From contig CM060734.1 in assembly GCA_030704615.1 (NCBI GenBank), forward strand, positions 17,608,001 through 17,672,000: a stretch of 64,000 nt of DNA. Direction: 5' to 3'. The stretch comes from Takakia lepidozioides. Lineage: Eukaryota > Plantae > Bryophyta. The stretch's first letter is position 1. Each line of letters begins with the position of its first letter. The notes beneath the pieces were generated by a model. The model was not told the DNA's origin, searched no databases, and worked only from the letters and a program-made list of their open reading frames with translations. The translations under genes were made by a program, and so were the position numbers. Shown here in pieces: positions 12,389 through 25,377 of the stretch.

Positions 12389-13287
12389 TACCCTCTGAGC
12401 TGGTGTTGTCCATAAAGTTCTGATTATGCTCAATCTAGCACTCCTGCTCTGATTGAGTTTTGGAGAGATGATGGAAATCCAGATCCAGACCTTTATGCAT
12501 TCATGGAACATAGACTAAATTATCAGGTTGGGCTTTTGGAATTGCAACACCTGGCACTCGTTTTTAAAGGCTCAAGTGTTTCTGCTGATGGTATGTACCA
12601 AGGGTGGTGTTTGTCCTGGTTTTTTTAATAATAAAAAAAAAAACAAGACTCTTTCAATGATGAATGACATCTGAATCCAGGGTGATGGTTGTCTTGGAAA
12701 TCCCACCCTCCCACCCTAACTTTTCATGTACTTCCAGGAAGATGACATGAGTTTCTATCAAGTAAGATACTGTCTATGCGAGGTGAAGTTAGATAGTGCC
12801 TCGTCATGAGGCTGATTTGTCTTTATTTGACAATGACAGCACTTGTCTTGTCTGTGCCTTGACAAGACATATTTATCTTCCCTCTGTTTTTTGCCCAATG
12901 TACTTAGTGGTTTCTGTACACACTATCTACCTCTCACTTGTCATTTTCTTGTCTTCTTACTTTGATGTTCTAACACCTTTAATGGCTTTTGCAGAGGTCT
13001 GGCAAAGCCATGGGGTATCAGCCCCCTATACCTCCATAACAATAATATGGAGCAACAAATCCCTCATAAGGTATGATCCTCTCCAGCAAAAATATGTTGG
13101 TTGATTGGGCACGGAGAGTAAGGCATCCTCGATGGTACCTGAAATAAACATAGAGCATCTAAATGACTTCTGAATGATGATATTATGAGCTAGGCCCTGG
13201 TAAGACAACCTACTAGAGTACATGTACTGTACACCTTATACATGATCCGATCAATGCACATTACTCTTGTTAGCTGGTCTCCTGTAG

Positions 13288-13395
13288 GAGGTTTACTATT
13301 TCATGAGCAGAAACCATGAGCCATGAGCCATGAGCCGCATGAGCCGCATGAGCGGTGAGCCGAAGTCTAAGATACGCGGATTTCATGAGCGGACT
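13288..13395 (+). repeat. Left TIR with tandem CATGAGC motifs
   Basis: CTATTTCATGAGC followed by (C/G)CATGAGC repeats. Confidence 0.85.
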
Positions 13396-14139
13396 CCTCC
13401 AAATTTGGAAATGCGGCAGATTAAACAAGTATTAAAATAATAGTTTTTTAATTTGACCTTGCCGTTTTTGGACGTTCCAGATCATGTAATGCGGCGAAGA
13501 TATGTCGTCAGTAACAAGTCCGCTCATGGTTTTTTAGATCCGCTCATGGAAATAAGTGACCGTGCAACGGGAAATCCAGTATACCACTGCAAAAGGATGT
13601 CGCATACTGGCCTGTATAGAGTATTCCGCGGTTTTACATGCCTTAACATTGGAATGAAGCTGACCCTTTTGCCGCGATTGAACCAATGGAGTCTGCACCA
13701 ATACAATCTGCAGTACTTCACAATTCTGTCTTCTTCGGGTATTCGGCGGGAAAGGTTTGCAACTAAACTGGGAAATAAGGTGCCGCATTAGGGTTCGCAC
13801 GTGCGAAATTTCGGAGCGGTTTGGTGTTGGCGAAGGCCGCCTCTGCCAGTACCTACGATGATACTTGGAAATGCGGCGCCGCATTTCCTTGTCGGAGGTC
13901 GAATGAGGAAAGCAAGTTTTCGGAAAGCAGAAAAACATGAACCCTCCAACATACAAAAATACATGCACGTGGAAGCAAGTGAACGATATAGTAATATCTT
14001 AGTTCGAGCAAAACAGGTTACTGGTAGGCAAGACATATGTCGGACCTTTCTGTGGCCAGAGTCTGAGGTACTGGCAGCAGTACAGTTCTACTATCCGAAA
14101 AGGATGGGCGTACCATTGTATTGGGACCGCAAGCCAAGC

Positions 14140-17100
14140 TCACTGGTCCCCTGGATCCATATTCAGAAGAGTGTGAACCTCCTGGGGGCTCAACCCTGGT
14201 GCATGTATGAAGTGATGAGTTGTGGAATTACAACGGAGTCTCTTTAGGTACACGTAGTACAAATGCTTGCAAGGGCAGTATGATGCCCCCTTGTTCGCCA
14301 TGATCTGGAAGTCGGTGCAATTGCAGGTGGGTAATTCTGAAATGGTGATGGTGTACACCTCATTGCGAACAGCTGAGCCCGCCGTGGCCATCTGATACAC
14401 ACGCCCGAATCCTGGTGGGGGCACTTCTGTCGAGCTCTGGATTGTACAGTTCATCCGAAGTGCATTTCCCATCCTTGTCTCGTTCACTTTTGAGGGAGGT
14501 CGCCGCCTCTTCGGTTTCCCCCAACGGTGTGTAGGATGCTTAGAGCTGTCGTGTCCCATTGTTCTTGCTCTCACAGGGGTCGGTGGTGGAGGCTGTGGAA
14601 GCGGAAATGGTTCTCTGGGGACGTCAGTGCGCTGCACCATCCGAAATCCTGCGGCGGTAAGGGCGTCGGCCTCAACCTGACTCAGATCGCAGCCTGGTTC
14701 CACCGGCCACACCGGGGGAGCCTCTGGCATTGTTTGTATGCCGTACTTGGGTTTCCATACACGCAAGTCATAATGTCGTGCCTGCAGAACCAGAACTGGG
14801 TGGTTGTCGCCTCCGCAAACTTTGCATGGACAAATCTTCCTGTAAAAGTAGGAGCAGGGACAGCCCCATCTGGATTCCTCCTTATCATCTCTAAACAACG
14901 TTGCCGTGTATCCACACGAATTGCAGAACACCTTCCTCGAAACGACGGCTTTGTGCGAGCAATTCTCCACTGTGATGCAGACACAGTCGTCTCCACAATG
15001 GCTTGGCCATACTGCATAACAGCGGGCGGAATGTGGGGCAAGGGAGCGGTGGGAATTTTTTGCACGAAATCCCCGGTTGAAGGCGACGGCGATCTGGAAT
15101 TTCTTGGGCTTCCACTGCTGGAAGACACATTGTGCGGCAACATGACGGGACCTCGAGGTGCTGTCCGAATGTTCCTGTCGGATCTCCAGGAATCCTCTTC
15201 GCACCCGGGTTCCTCTTCAATCCTCCGCCTGACAGGGCGAGTCCGGACGTCCCCCTCTAGGTGTTCACCTCTGCGGTGCAGAGGCGTCCCTTTGATCTTC
15301 TCTCGCAATGCTGTCGCCCATTTCACTGGATTCTTGGACCTCGAAGCTGTTCGTACCAACAATTCCTCCCTGTCCGGCCCAAAGCCCCATTGTTTGCCGC
15401 TCAGGAACTTGTAGTACGTGGCTTGCTGCATGATTGCTCTGTCGATGTCCTCCGTTGTGGCCGTCACTACGTCCACCAGATGTGCGGCAGAAGACGCTCG
15501 CCAGGAGGAGTGGACCGATTCTGCCATATTCGTGTTCGGCATGTCCGTGTCGGAATCCAAGCACCGCTCCTAGAAGGACACAAACAATGGTGAGGGACCA
15601 ATCGAAATGTCCGTAACAGAAAGACAAATGAACGAAAATGACAGCAGCCTACCTCCCGCATGTACTGTCCGAACTGTCGATACCGAAAATGCCACCACCC
15701 CAACCAGCTGTGCAATGCTCCCAGATTGGTTGTCTCCACTGCACCTGACGTGTTCCACCAAGCCTCGATGATAGCAAACTTAACCTCCGCGTCATCAAAT
15801 GTGGGTGCATCCTTCCACGCCGTACAAAGGACACGGTGTTCAGCCTGGAATGAGCTAGCAACAAATTTGGTAGTGTAGTGGGATAGACTCTGCATCCAAT
15901 GGAATCCACAGGATCTCTCTTTCCCCTCCATTGGAACATTGGGGTCCTCACCGTACACACGCCGCACCGCTGCCCAGTTGGCCTGAGCGTTGTCTGCCAT
16001 GAATCCCCTGAAATTGGGCTCTGGCAATCCCGCCCTTGCCATCTGCTCGTTTATGCCCTCCCACAGATGCATCTCGGACTGTGTGTCCTCCCCTTTCATC
16101 TCGCAGATTGCAATCGTCATGAGCCTCTTGGAGTGATAGTCATAAACATGCGCACCCATAGTCACCCACTGATGGTTTGTAATTCGCTTGATGTGATCAA
16201 ACATCACCCAAGCATTCGACAAGTTTCCAGTTGTCATGCGAGTGACCAAGTCGACTCCACTCCCAGGCCCACACGTCGACATTTTGAAAATGTAACAACG
16301 ATCGGATTCGCTGCCTTGCCCTGGAAACCTGCTACCTTGGATGTAGTCATATCCAGTCATTCGTTTCACCTCCAGGATTGAGTACATGTCCGACCCCCTG
16401 CCGAACTCCTGCTTGCAAGATACGATGTGATTCCGCACATTCGGACTACAAACGTGCGAGACGGACTCCAAGAGGTCACGCATCTCGTCTTCGGTCAAGG
16501 GCTCTCGGTCGGAACCATCTTCAGACATGATTTTGCCAAGAGCAATCTTGTGGGCTGCCTTCAGCTGAATCTGCTTTGGTCTGGCTCCGGGGCTCAATTT
16601 CACCTCCTCTTTTATGATGTCGTGTGCTTCCTGCACAGCCTCACGCATGTTGCCTCTCGCCAAGGGGTGGCAGTGGACCCCAACGTGTATGCAAGCTCTA
16701 GTCAAGTCCGGGAGCAAATGGATTACGTAATATTGCTTGGCTCTGCACATGGACATGCACGTCGGTGGTTCTTTGCAATGTGCACACTTGAAAGAACCCG
16801 CAGGAGCTTGGCTGGAGACAATGAATGGATGATGCGTTGTGCCAGTCCAATCCGTCTCGTTTCTCCGCCCTCCTTTGGAGAGAAAGTGGAAGCAGGTGGG
16901 ATTGAGGCACCTCAGCTTCCCCGCACAGAGGACATATCGTACACGAACACCATCAGCAATTTTCGTGCTACTGGTCTTCGTCACACACCAGGGGTGTCCG
17001 TCATGCTTTCGATCCATGTCTGTTAACATCCCGGAGGCTTTCTTTGACGAAGAAACAGGTGGAAACTCGAAGATGACATTGCCATCGACTTCGGGAGGCA

Positions 17101-17745
17101 GAAAAGTTACCTTTCTGACTGGAAATTTGGCATAGTCGAGAGCAGCCAGCTCGGAGCGAGAACCATCGAGGTGATGTTGTCGTAGGAGCTGCACAATGGA
17201 CCGGGTTGGAGTTATGCTCGAGGGCACATTCGTAGCACCGACAGAGACGTCCATGCCGGATTTGAACGACCGTGTGGAGGACATGGGTACCTCAATGCAA
17301 TCATCTTCCTCGTCGGAAATGTCGAATACGTCCACACGAGAAGCTATGGAGGGTCTTGACGGTCCAGGTCGGGAATGATTATCGTTGCATACCTCTCTGT
17401 TGGCAGTGGCCGCCTCTCGGTTTCCGGACTCCTTTGTGGATGGTGTGGGCAGCGACTGATTCGGAAAGGGAATGGGCATTCCCACAGCTCGGTACAGGAT
17501 GGTGTCTGACGGGGAACGTGCCATTCGATTCCGCAACCTCCGTCGTTACCTAGCACGACAATGGTCTCGTCAACCTGTCCAGGAACATCCTTCCTTTCTT
17601 CTTCCAAATAAACTGTGCCCGGTTTGAGCTTGAATTTGGAACAAAGGTAAGTTTCAGTCACTCTGCAAAGTCCTCCCTCGTTTGGGATCCAGGCTCTCCC
17701 AAGTTGCGGAGGACAGCAAACTATAGCGTAGGAATTCGGAGCCAT
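14140..17745 (-). CDS. MULE transposase: N-terminal domain, GCM-like Zn domain, DDE core and C-terminal SWIM finger (1 intron, 2 apparent frameshifts)
   Basis: WVMFD...FMADNAQANWAAVRRVY...SCGFHW (D, D, CxxH). A GT-AG intron at about 15652-15571 joins to PNTNMAESVHSSW (catalytic E). SWIM motif CNCTDF...CPCKHLYYV. Frameshifts near 17540 and 14745. Confidence 0.88.
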
Positions 17746-18173
17746 CGAACACCGCACGGAGTTGGCAAGTGCGAGGTTCAGTATAGCGACAGACCAAGGC
17801 TCACAGGCACCATCTAAGTGGATCTGCGGAGTCCATCGACGATTGGAAGTCGCACATTGAAGTGGAAAGTATTGTTTCAAGCTACATGCATGAAGGTGGG
17901 AGGTTTGATTCCATAGCCAGTAAGTATGACAATGATGGCCGATTCGGCGACGAAATAACATCTCCTGACAGTTTCTCCTGAGGGTGGATCCAGCAGTATT
18001 CTCGGTGCAGACAGGAACGTTCGCACTGACAAGTGCCAGGACTGTTAGTTAAAACGGTCAGACAACCAAGTTGTGCTCATCAAGACTGGCCGCAATTGTG
18101 TTGTTTCGGAACAATGCAACCCATTCAGGTTCCAGATTTCCCGTCCGAGTGATTCTTTCGATTGCTGGTGGAC

Positions 18174-19824
18174 GGAAATACGGCGCCGCATTTCCGTATT
18201 GCATCTTGGTCATGCACCAGAGCGACGGAAATGCGGCACCGAGTTTCCGTCCGGGGGAAACCTTTATACTCTCCAGAACGGAAATGCGGTAACGCATTTC
18301 CATCCAGCAAGCACGGTATGTGAAGGTGGAACGGAAATGCGGTACCGCATTTCCGTTCTGATTGAGAATTATGAACAACGGGAACAGAAATGCGGCACCG
18401 CATTTCCGTCCGAGTCGCACTTTTCCGACATTCCAGAACGGAAATGCGGCGCCGCATTTCCATTTTGTATCTGATGCATGGAGCTGAGGGATAGAAATGC
18501 TGCAGCACATTTCCGTCCTTAAAAGACATTCATACTCTCCATAACGGAAATGCGGTACCGCATTTCCATCCACCAAGCACGGTATGTGAAGGTGGAACGG
18601 AAATGCGGTACCGCATTTCCGTTCTGATTGAGAATTATGAACAACGGGAACAGAAATGCGGCACCGCATTTCTGTCCGAGTCGCACTTTCCGACATTCCA
18701 GAACGGAAATGCGGCGCCGCATTTCCATTTTGTATCTGATGCATGGAGCCGAGTGCGATTCCGACAGCTTCATACAGCGCAATTCCGACCGCTTGAGACA
18801 TTCATACTATCCAGAACGGAAATGCGGTACCGCATTTCCGTTCTGACTGAAAATCGTGAACCATCTGAACTGAAATGCGGCAGCGTATTTCCATCCGAGT
18901 CGCACCTACCAACATTCCAGAACGGAAATGCGGTACCGCATTTCCGTTCTGACTGAAAATCGTGAACCATCGGAACTGAAATGCGGCAACGCATTTCCAT
19001 CCGAGTCGCACCTCCAACATTCCAGAACGGAATGTATTAGATTCAAAAGGGAAATGCAGTACCGCATTTCCGTCGGAGTCGCACCTTCCGACATTCCAAA
19101 ACGGAAATGCGGCGCCGCATTTCCGTTTTGTATGTGAGGCATGGAGCTGTGGAACGAAAATGCGGCACAGCATTTCCGCCAGCGTCAGACGTTAATACTC
19201 TACAGAACGGAAATGCGGTACCGCATTTCCGTTCTGACTGAAAATCGTGCGCAACGGGAACAGAAATGCGGCACCGCATTTCCGTCCGAGTCGCACCTTC
19301 CGACATTCTAGAACGGAAATGCGGCGCCGCATTTCCGTTTTGTATATGGGGCCTGGAGCTGTGCTACGGAAATGTGTTGCCGCATTTCCATCCATGTGAG
19401 ACCTTCAAACTTTCCAGACCGGAAATGCGGCACCGCATTTCTGTCCAGGTGAGACCTCTATACTTTCCCGAACGGAAATGTGGCACGGCATTTCCATTCA
19501 TCAACTAACGTATGTGAAGGGGGAACGGAAATGCGGTACCGCATTTCCGTTCACATTGAAAATCATGAACCACGGGAACTGAAATGTTGTGCCTCATTCC
19601 CGTCCGAATCGCACCTTTCGACATTCCAGAACGGAAATGCGGCGCCGCATTTCCCTTTTGTATCTCATACATGGAGCTGTGGGACGGAAATGCGGCACCG
19701 TATTTCCGTTCAACAACTAAGGTATGTGAAGGTGGAACGGAAATGCGGTGCCGCATTTTCTTCCAACAAGTACGGATGTGTAGCTTCGTGATGGTACTTA
19801 ACGGAAATGCGGCGCCGCATTCGC
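18174..19824. repeat. Array of about 30 palindromes GGAAATGCGG-NN-CCGCATTTCC with 53-bp period
   Basis: Copies start at 18174, 18227, 18280, 18333, 18386 ... 19739, 19803. The 31-bp spacers recur in higher-order blocks. Confidence 0.95.
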
Positions 19825-20173
19825 ATTTTCGCTCCAACTCATCAGACGCTGGGACGGAAATGCCTTGAAATGTGAACACGTGGAGCAACGGAATTGCTGC
19901 ACATGTCGGCACTCTATCTGACTGAAGGGGCATGAGGCGGCGCGGCCTGACCGTTGGATAATGATGTTTGTTTTTCGGACGGCAGGCGTACCCTGAACGA
20001 TTCGAATTTCGTAATGACGCAAACTCCACGAGGAGACACTTTCGTCCAACCCTTTCGAACCCAAGTGGTGCATCACCGCCGTTTCATCTACTTTTGTCGT
20101 GTCTCCTCAGTCACCCCTCTCGCGCCCTTTCCATCTGCACTCTTTGCCCCTTTTCCCTCTCTCTGTTCTTCTT

Positions 20174-23100
20174 ATGCTCGAACCTGAGAGGGGGGGAGTT
20201 CGTGCACCAGACAGGAGACCTCGTCGCAAGCTCCGGAAATTATACTTCGGACGTAGGCCAATGCCGAAGGGGAGGAAGCAGATGCGTCTACAGGAGGAGA
20301 TTGCCATCTCCGAGCAGCAGGCCACTCAGGCAACCCAGCCACCAGTGAGAGCTCCATGCGATCGGGCTGCGCGCAGCTGATCGAGCACCGAACCCCCCAT
20401 TTTGCTTCTGTAATTCTTAGACTGAATGCTAGGAGACTTGAATGCAGAACATGTTTGCATGCCTAACAGGAAAGGTGGACGTGCTGGAGGGATCGCAGGA
20501 ATCCGAAGAGCCGCAGGAAGAGTCCGAGGAGCTAGCTGCAGCACGTACACCCACCCGATCCCCGAGCGCGGGTATTCCTGCCGGGTCTAGCCCTGTGCGA
20601 TTCAAAGACGCGTCTTCGAAGGGCAAGTTCAAAGCCCCAGAGATTGACTCGCGTTCAGATTCAATTGCAGCAGACACCTTCACCTGCAAGGATGAGGAAG
20701 CAGAAGGCAATCAGGGCGACAGGCGAACAATCTCCCGCAAAACCGCTTCCACGAGCTGAAGCTCAGTTCCTGGAGGATTTCCCGCCTGCAGATGTTGGGG
20801 CCGACTCTGCTGCAGCGAAGGCAATGGGATCGACCGTTGATCTCGATTTGGTACCGGAGGAGGGTGCTGCCGCTCAACGTTCGCAGCAAGACCTCACCAC
20901 CGATGAGCAAGCAGGCCCGGAGGAGGCCTCTGCAATGGCAGAATTGCCCGCAGACAGGCCCCAGAGTGCAGCTCCAGTTGAGGATGCTCCAGCTGCTCAG
21001 CCACTACCGGCACCTACAGACATGTCTCCGGAGGATTTCAAAAGTGCAGCGGATAAAATGTTGGAGGAGACACACAGTAGCATTGGCAGAGTTCTGGGCA
21101 GCAGGGTATTCCAGCGGACTCTTCGAATCCCACTCTGTCGCATGGTCTCCCTTCCCATCGTCAGGCAGGCCCTTCCCGGAGATGTGGATAAGCTCAAGTT
21201 CGCATTTCGAGAAGGGTACCGTCTGGGATCGGCAGCGTTTTACGTTTCCATTGAGAATGAGGACGGCGAAACTCGTGGACCCACTGCCGATGAATTGTCA
21301 ACGTGGGATACCCACTGGCACACTCGCAACGACGAATTCGAGGCGACGCTGAAGGGTGATCCAGACTTCGGCCATATGTCGGGTAAAATGTTCTTTGTGT
21401 GGGACGGGAATCACCGACTTCTCGCCTGGTGGGAGTACATCAAGCAGAACCATGCCAAGCACATTGGCTGGCATTACATGGTGGAGTGTGTCATCCTGAA
21501 GGTGAAGGCGGCAGACTCCTCCCTGCTCAAGAATGCCATGGCGGACCTCAACTCGTAAGATACTCATACCCTCCCTAGCACGTTCGAAATGCGGTGCCGC
21601 ATTTCGGTTTCCATTCTGGTTTGTTTCCGTGCTTCCGTGTACTGAACTGGAGAGTGTGCCTTGCAGGGTCACTGAGAATGCGTACGTGCATACCCACATG
21701 GCACATATGCTGTACAGGGTGAGGAAAACTGGTCTCACTGATCCGCAGATGTTTGCGGAAATGCTGGAGCCCGAGCTCATTCAGAAAGCCGTTGCAAAAA
21801 CAGACCGGACATGGTATCGTCTCACTATGGATGGAATGGTGGAGGTGATATACGAAGTAAGTCGTCCTCCAATTTCCCTCTGCTCATCCTTCCCCAATTT
21901 TCAGTAATGTTTCCACATGAATCGAATGTAACGCTTCTGCATGTTTTTGTTGGCAGTCAAACATCAAGCTGGATTTGGCCCATGCCAAACGCTTCTTCAT
22001 GGAAAGTGAGGGGCAGGTCAAAACGTTGCAGTCATTGACTGAGCACTTGAAGGAAGCCGGTGTCAAGTCCAGAACCAAATACAAGTCAAAGCTTGTGAAG
22101 CTGGTGGCAATTGCAGATCCGGCACTTGGAAAGGACTTCATCCCCGAGATTGCAAAACACTATTCTCGGGCCATGCAGCCGACCATGCAATTGGAGAAAC
22201 TGCATCACCTCTCAACGGCATGTGTGGAGGCGAAAGAGAAGGTGAGGTTTCAATGCACTGAAGTTCCTTCCTAGCAATAGCCACTCTCTTCCAGCTCCTG
22301 ACATTGGATCGGAAATGGCAGACACGGTGGCTGTCGATCTGGAATGCATCCGAGAGCATAAGGACAATGTGGTCTTTTCCACTGGAAGTTTCCGACCCTG
22401 CAGTGGATGTGTGGCTCAACCGTATGACTTGGTGGTTCCAGGTAATTCAAGGTACTTCCCCAGATTTGCTTTTCTGACATGAATTCCCTGAACTGCTACG
22501 TGACAATGCATTTGGGAATCGCAGGTAATGTCGAATGCGAAGGAGCAAGTCGTAATGCACACAAATTCGTTCGGCTTGTACGTCAAATGGGATGGAACAC
22601 AGACATTGGAAGACTACGTGACACGTTTCAGATGTGCGTACAAGGACAACCTTTTCGCCAGAGAGCTACAGACAGCAAGAAGGAGCGTGGAGTTTACACA
22701 TCAGGAGGGAGCGGGGAAAGCTGCAATGCGAATTGTTTACAGGTGAAGCACAGCTGCCCTTGTATGCGAAGCCTGGTTACGAGGTTTGTCTCGGAAATGC
22801 GGCACCGCATTCGCATTTTATGTTTTCGGTGGCACTCTGCGAGTAGGTTGGTCTCAACTTTTGCTCACGCATGCTGACTGCCTTGCAGGTATATGAAATA
22901 CGTGCTCCTTCAGACAGGGGCCCTGGCTCAAGAGCCCCCGTTCTTCATGGCTTGGACCGTGGCGGGCCCAAGCTGTGTCTACACACCCGAGATGCAGAAA
23001 CAATGGCATCCCGCGCATCTCGTTGGATGCCCGTGGTACCTGGACATGTCTGGCGGTATTGTTGACGAGTCTGAGAAAGATCTGCACGCCTTGGCAGAAG

Positions 23101-25242
23101 AGAAGAGAAAGGAAAGACGTGTCCCTGCTGGGCCAAAGTCGGCAAAGGAATCTGCTGCTCTGGAAGAATCCAGAAAGGCAGCTGAGATGGCACAAAAGAC
23201 GGTGGATGCAGCTGTGCAGGCCCAACAGAAGGGGTCGAAGAAGAGGACTCGCCAGCAAGGAGCAGCTGTTGTGACACCCGCCAAAACGAAGAAGCAGAAA
23301 CAGCCTGTTCAGGAAGAGGGTGAGGAAGAGGACTCCGATGGAGACTTTGCAACCAGCCCACCCCCCCAAACGCAGGCTGCCTCCCCTGTGCCCACCGTTG
23401 TCACGAGAGGCACGAGAACTGGCTCGGCAAAGAAGGCACTCTTCAACCCCCCAGGGGGGCACCCTTTCGAGCCGGTGGAAATGAAGAGGCCGAAAGTGGC
23501 TCCCGAAACAGTAGTCCAGTGTGTAAATGAGAGTTTCTTGGCGGCTTTGGATGGACGGGCAGCCAAGTTGGCATACATGAAGACCATGGAGGGTCTGAAG
23601 GGCAGAGCACTGAAGAAGGCGACTGCCGAAGAGCCTTCCGACACCCCAGGATTTCAGAATATGGTCTCGTTCTTTGAGAGGGTGTGTGCAGACAAGGATT
23701 GTAGGAGGGGCGGAAATGCCACCGAGTGGTCTTGCGATATGATCATCTTGGATATTCCGGACGGAGAGCCTGTGGAAGGACTGCAAGCTTTGCCATCTTG
23801 GAACAGGTACTCGGAGGACTTTTGGAAGAAAGGATTCGGGCTTGCCCGCATGGTGTTGGACGACAGAGGCTGTGTGGTTGTCCTGGCGAGCAGAGGAAAA
23901 AACACTCAGACAGGAATTGCGAAGTGGACCCGCAAGAGCGCCGTCCCGATTCTGAAAAAGAAGTGGACGTGCATCAACACACTGGGCCTTCGGTCGGAAG
24001 GGAAGAAGGTGATTACGACACTGGCACTCGTCCATTCATTTGCTTGGGTGTTTTCAAATGCGGTGCCGCATTCGGTTTCTAATCGTTTTCCCCCTGTGTA
24101 TGCAGACGAAGCAGTTCGATGCATACTGCTTTGTGAAGGAGAACTCCACCTTTGCTTTCCGGAAGGAGGGAGGAAAGGTTGACCCGAACTGCGACCCACT
24201 CGATTACGACGTTCTGTTCAACAACGTTCCCAAGGAACTTCTCCCTCATAGCCTCACTTCAACGGAACCCCTGCGGTACTCACGGACTCGGAGCCCTGCC
24301 TTCATTCAGACAATTATGGAGACATGCACAGACGTGGAGGGCACAGTGCTCGACCTCATCTGTGGGACAGGTATGCAGAATCTTGATCTATGCTGTTCTG
24401 CAAATTCTCGTTAGGATGTAGTTCGCAACATCTGAAGCGCCATGTGGTAATGTGTGGATGGCATTGTAACAGGTGCCTCAATGTGGGCTGGGCGGTTTTC
24501 CGACCGGCACCTCTTTGCCTACGAGGAGGATTCATCCGTGTGGGGATCCCATCTGGAAGGGCTGCAACGGAATGTTAAGGCTCCCGACAGAGCGGAAGTC
24601 TCCTCGGATTCGTCGGAGTCCGAGGAAGACACAGTGGACATTGATGCGGAGGAGAACCCGGAATACGAGTGAGTGCAAACATTGTAAGTTTGCAAAGCCT
24701 TCTGGGTCATTTATGTCAAACGAATTTCCCGACTGTGGTTCTCATTAGTCTCGTTGATGATTGTCATGTGCAGGATTGCAGGGTCCGGGTCGAAACATGT
24801 AGGGCCTACACTTCCTGCCAGGAAGAATGTCCCGTTCTTTGCGAGGGCCGACTTCATGACGAGCCCGGTGAGGGACTACTCCCTTCCTAGTTATGCAGCT
24901 AAACTCGCAAATACAGCGATTAGAAGAAGTGAGAATCCCAGTAAAGTAGAGCAGATTTTGGAGAGGGCTAGGGAGGACAGAAGGATAAGGAAAGAGTTGG
25001 CAGCAGCTCAGACAGGTAGACGGGTACGAAAGTACATATGTGATTCAGCGGATGAGAGCGACGCAGACAGGGAGGAAGACGACCCAACGGAGGTGAGATG
25101 GACAGTTCCGCAAGGGGAAGATGGGATTTTCGAAAGCCTGGCCAACGAGCAGTCCGCTGGAGATGAGAAAGGCACTGAGGGGGTGGAGGCGGAGCAGGAC
25201 AGTCTAGAACAGGATGAGGATTCGGATGATTTTCAAGATTAA
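20174..25242 (+). CDS. Multi-exon gene: ParB/Srx-like N-terminal domain plus beta-class N6-adenine/N4-cytosine DNA methyltransferase-like domain
   Basis: IPLCRMV..VRQAL..DVDKLK and FFVWDGNHRLLAW (ParB/Srx GxxR motif). MTase motifs CDMIILDIPDG (IV-like), ARMVLDDRGCVVV, RTRSPAFIQTIMETCT (X), GTVLDLICGT|GASMWAG (I) and RHLFAYEED (II). About 10 exons with GT-AG introns (e.g. 21555-21666, 22242-22294, 24371-24472). One probable frameshift near 20720. The start codon is tentative. Confidence 0.82.
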
Positions 25243-25377
25243 TAGAATTTTAATGAAGTCTCTGTAAATGTAAATTCTCTTCCAGAGTATATAAAGGAAA
25301 TTCTGCCAGACATTCGTGACCCCTCTCCAGTGTGCATTCCAGCCACACAATCGCCAAACCACGACGCTCCCAAAATC

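Noticed and set aside
9393-13223. Duplicated 102-aa and 65-aa ORFs
   Set aside because: They are duplicated only because of the 3403-bp repeat and show no recognisable domains.
14527-17135. Long antisense ORFs opposite the transposase, and similarly 22854-24035 opposite the MTase gene
   Set aside because: Shadow ORFs of GC-rich coding sequence with no motifs.
18174-19824. CRISPR-like appearance (22-bp palindromic repeat with 31-bp spacers)
   Set aside because: Spacers recur as higher-order blocks, there are no cas genes, the context is eukaryotic, and the same motif is dispersed in introns.
18058-20076. Numerous Cys-rich ORFs (RKCGAAF / EMRHRIS / GNAAPHF repeats), also at 25200-26080
   Set aside because: These are translations of the palindrome array in all six frames.
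20174-25242. Bacterial or phage contamination explaining the ParB-MTase
   Set aside because: The gene has GT-AG spliceosomal introns conserved in two copies and lies inside a TSD-bounded eukaryotic transposon.
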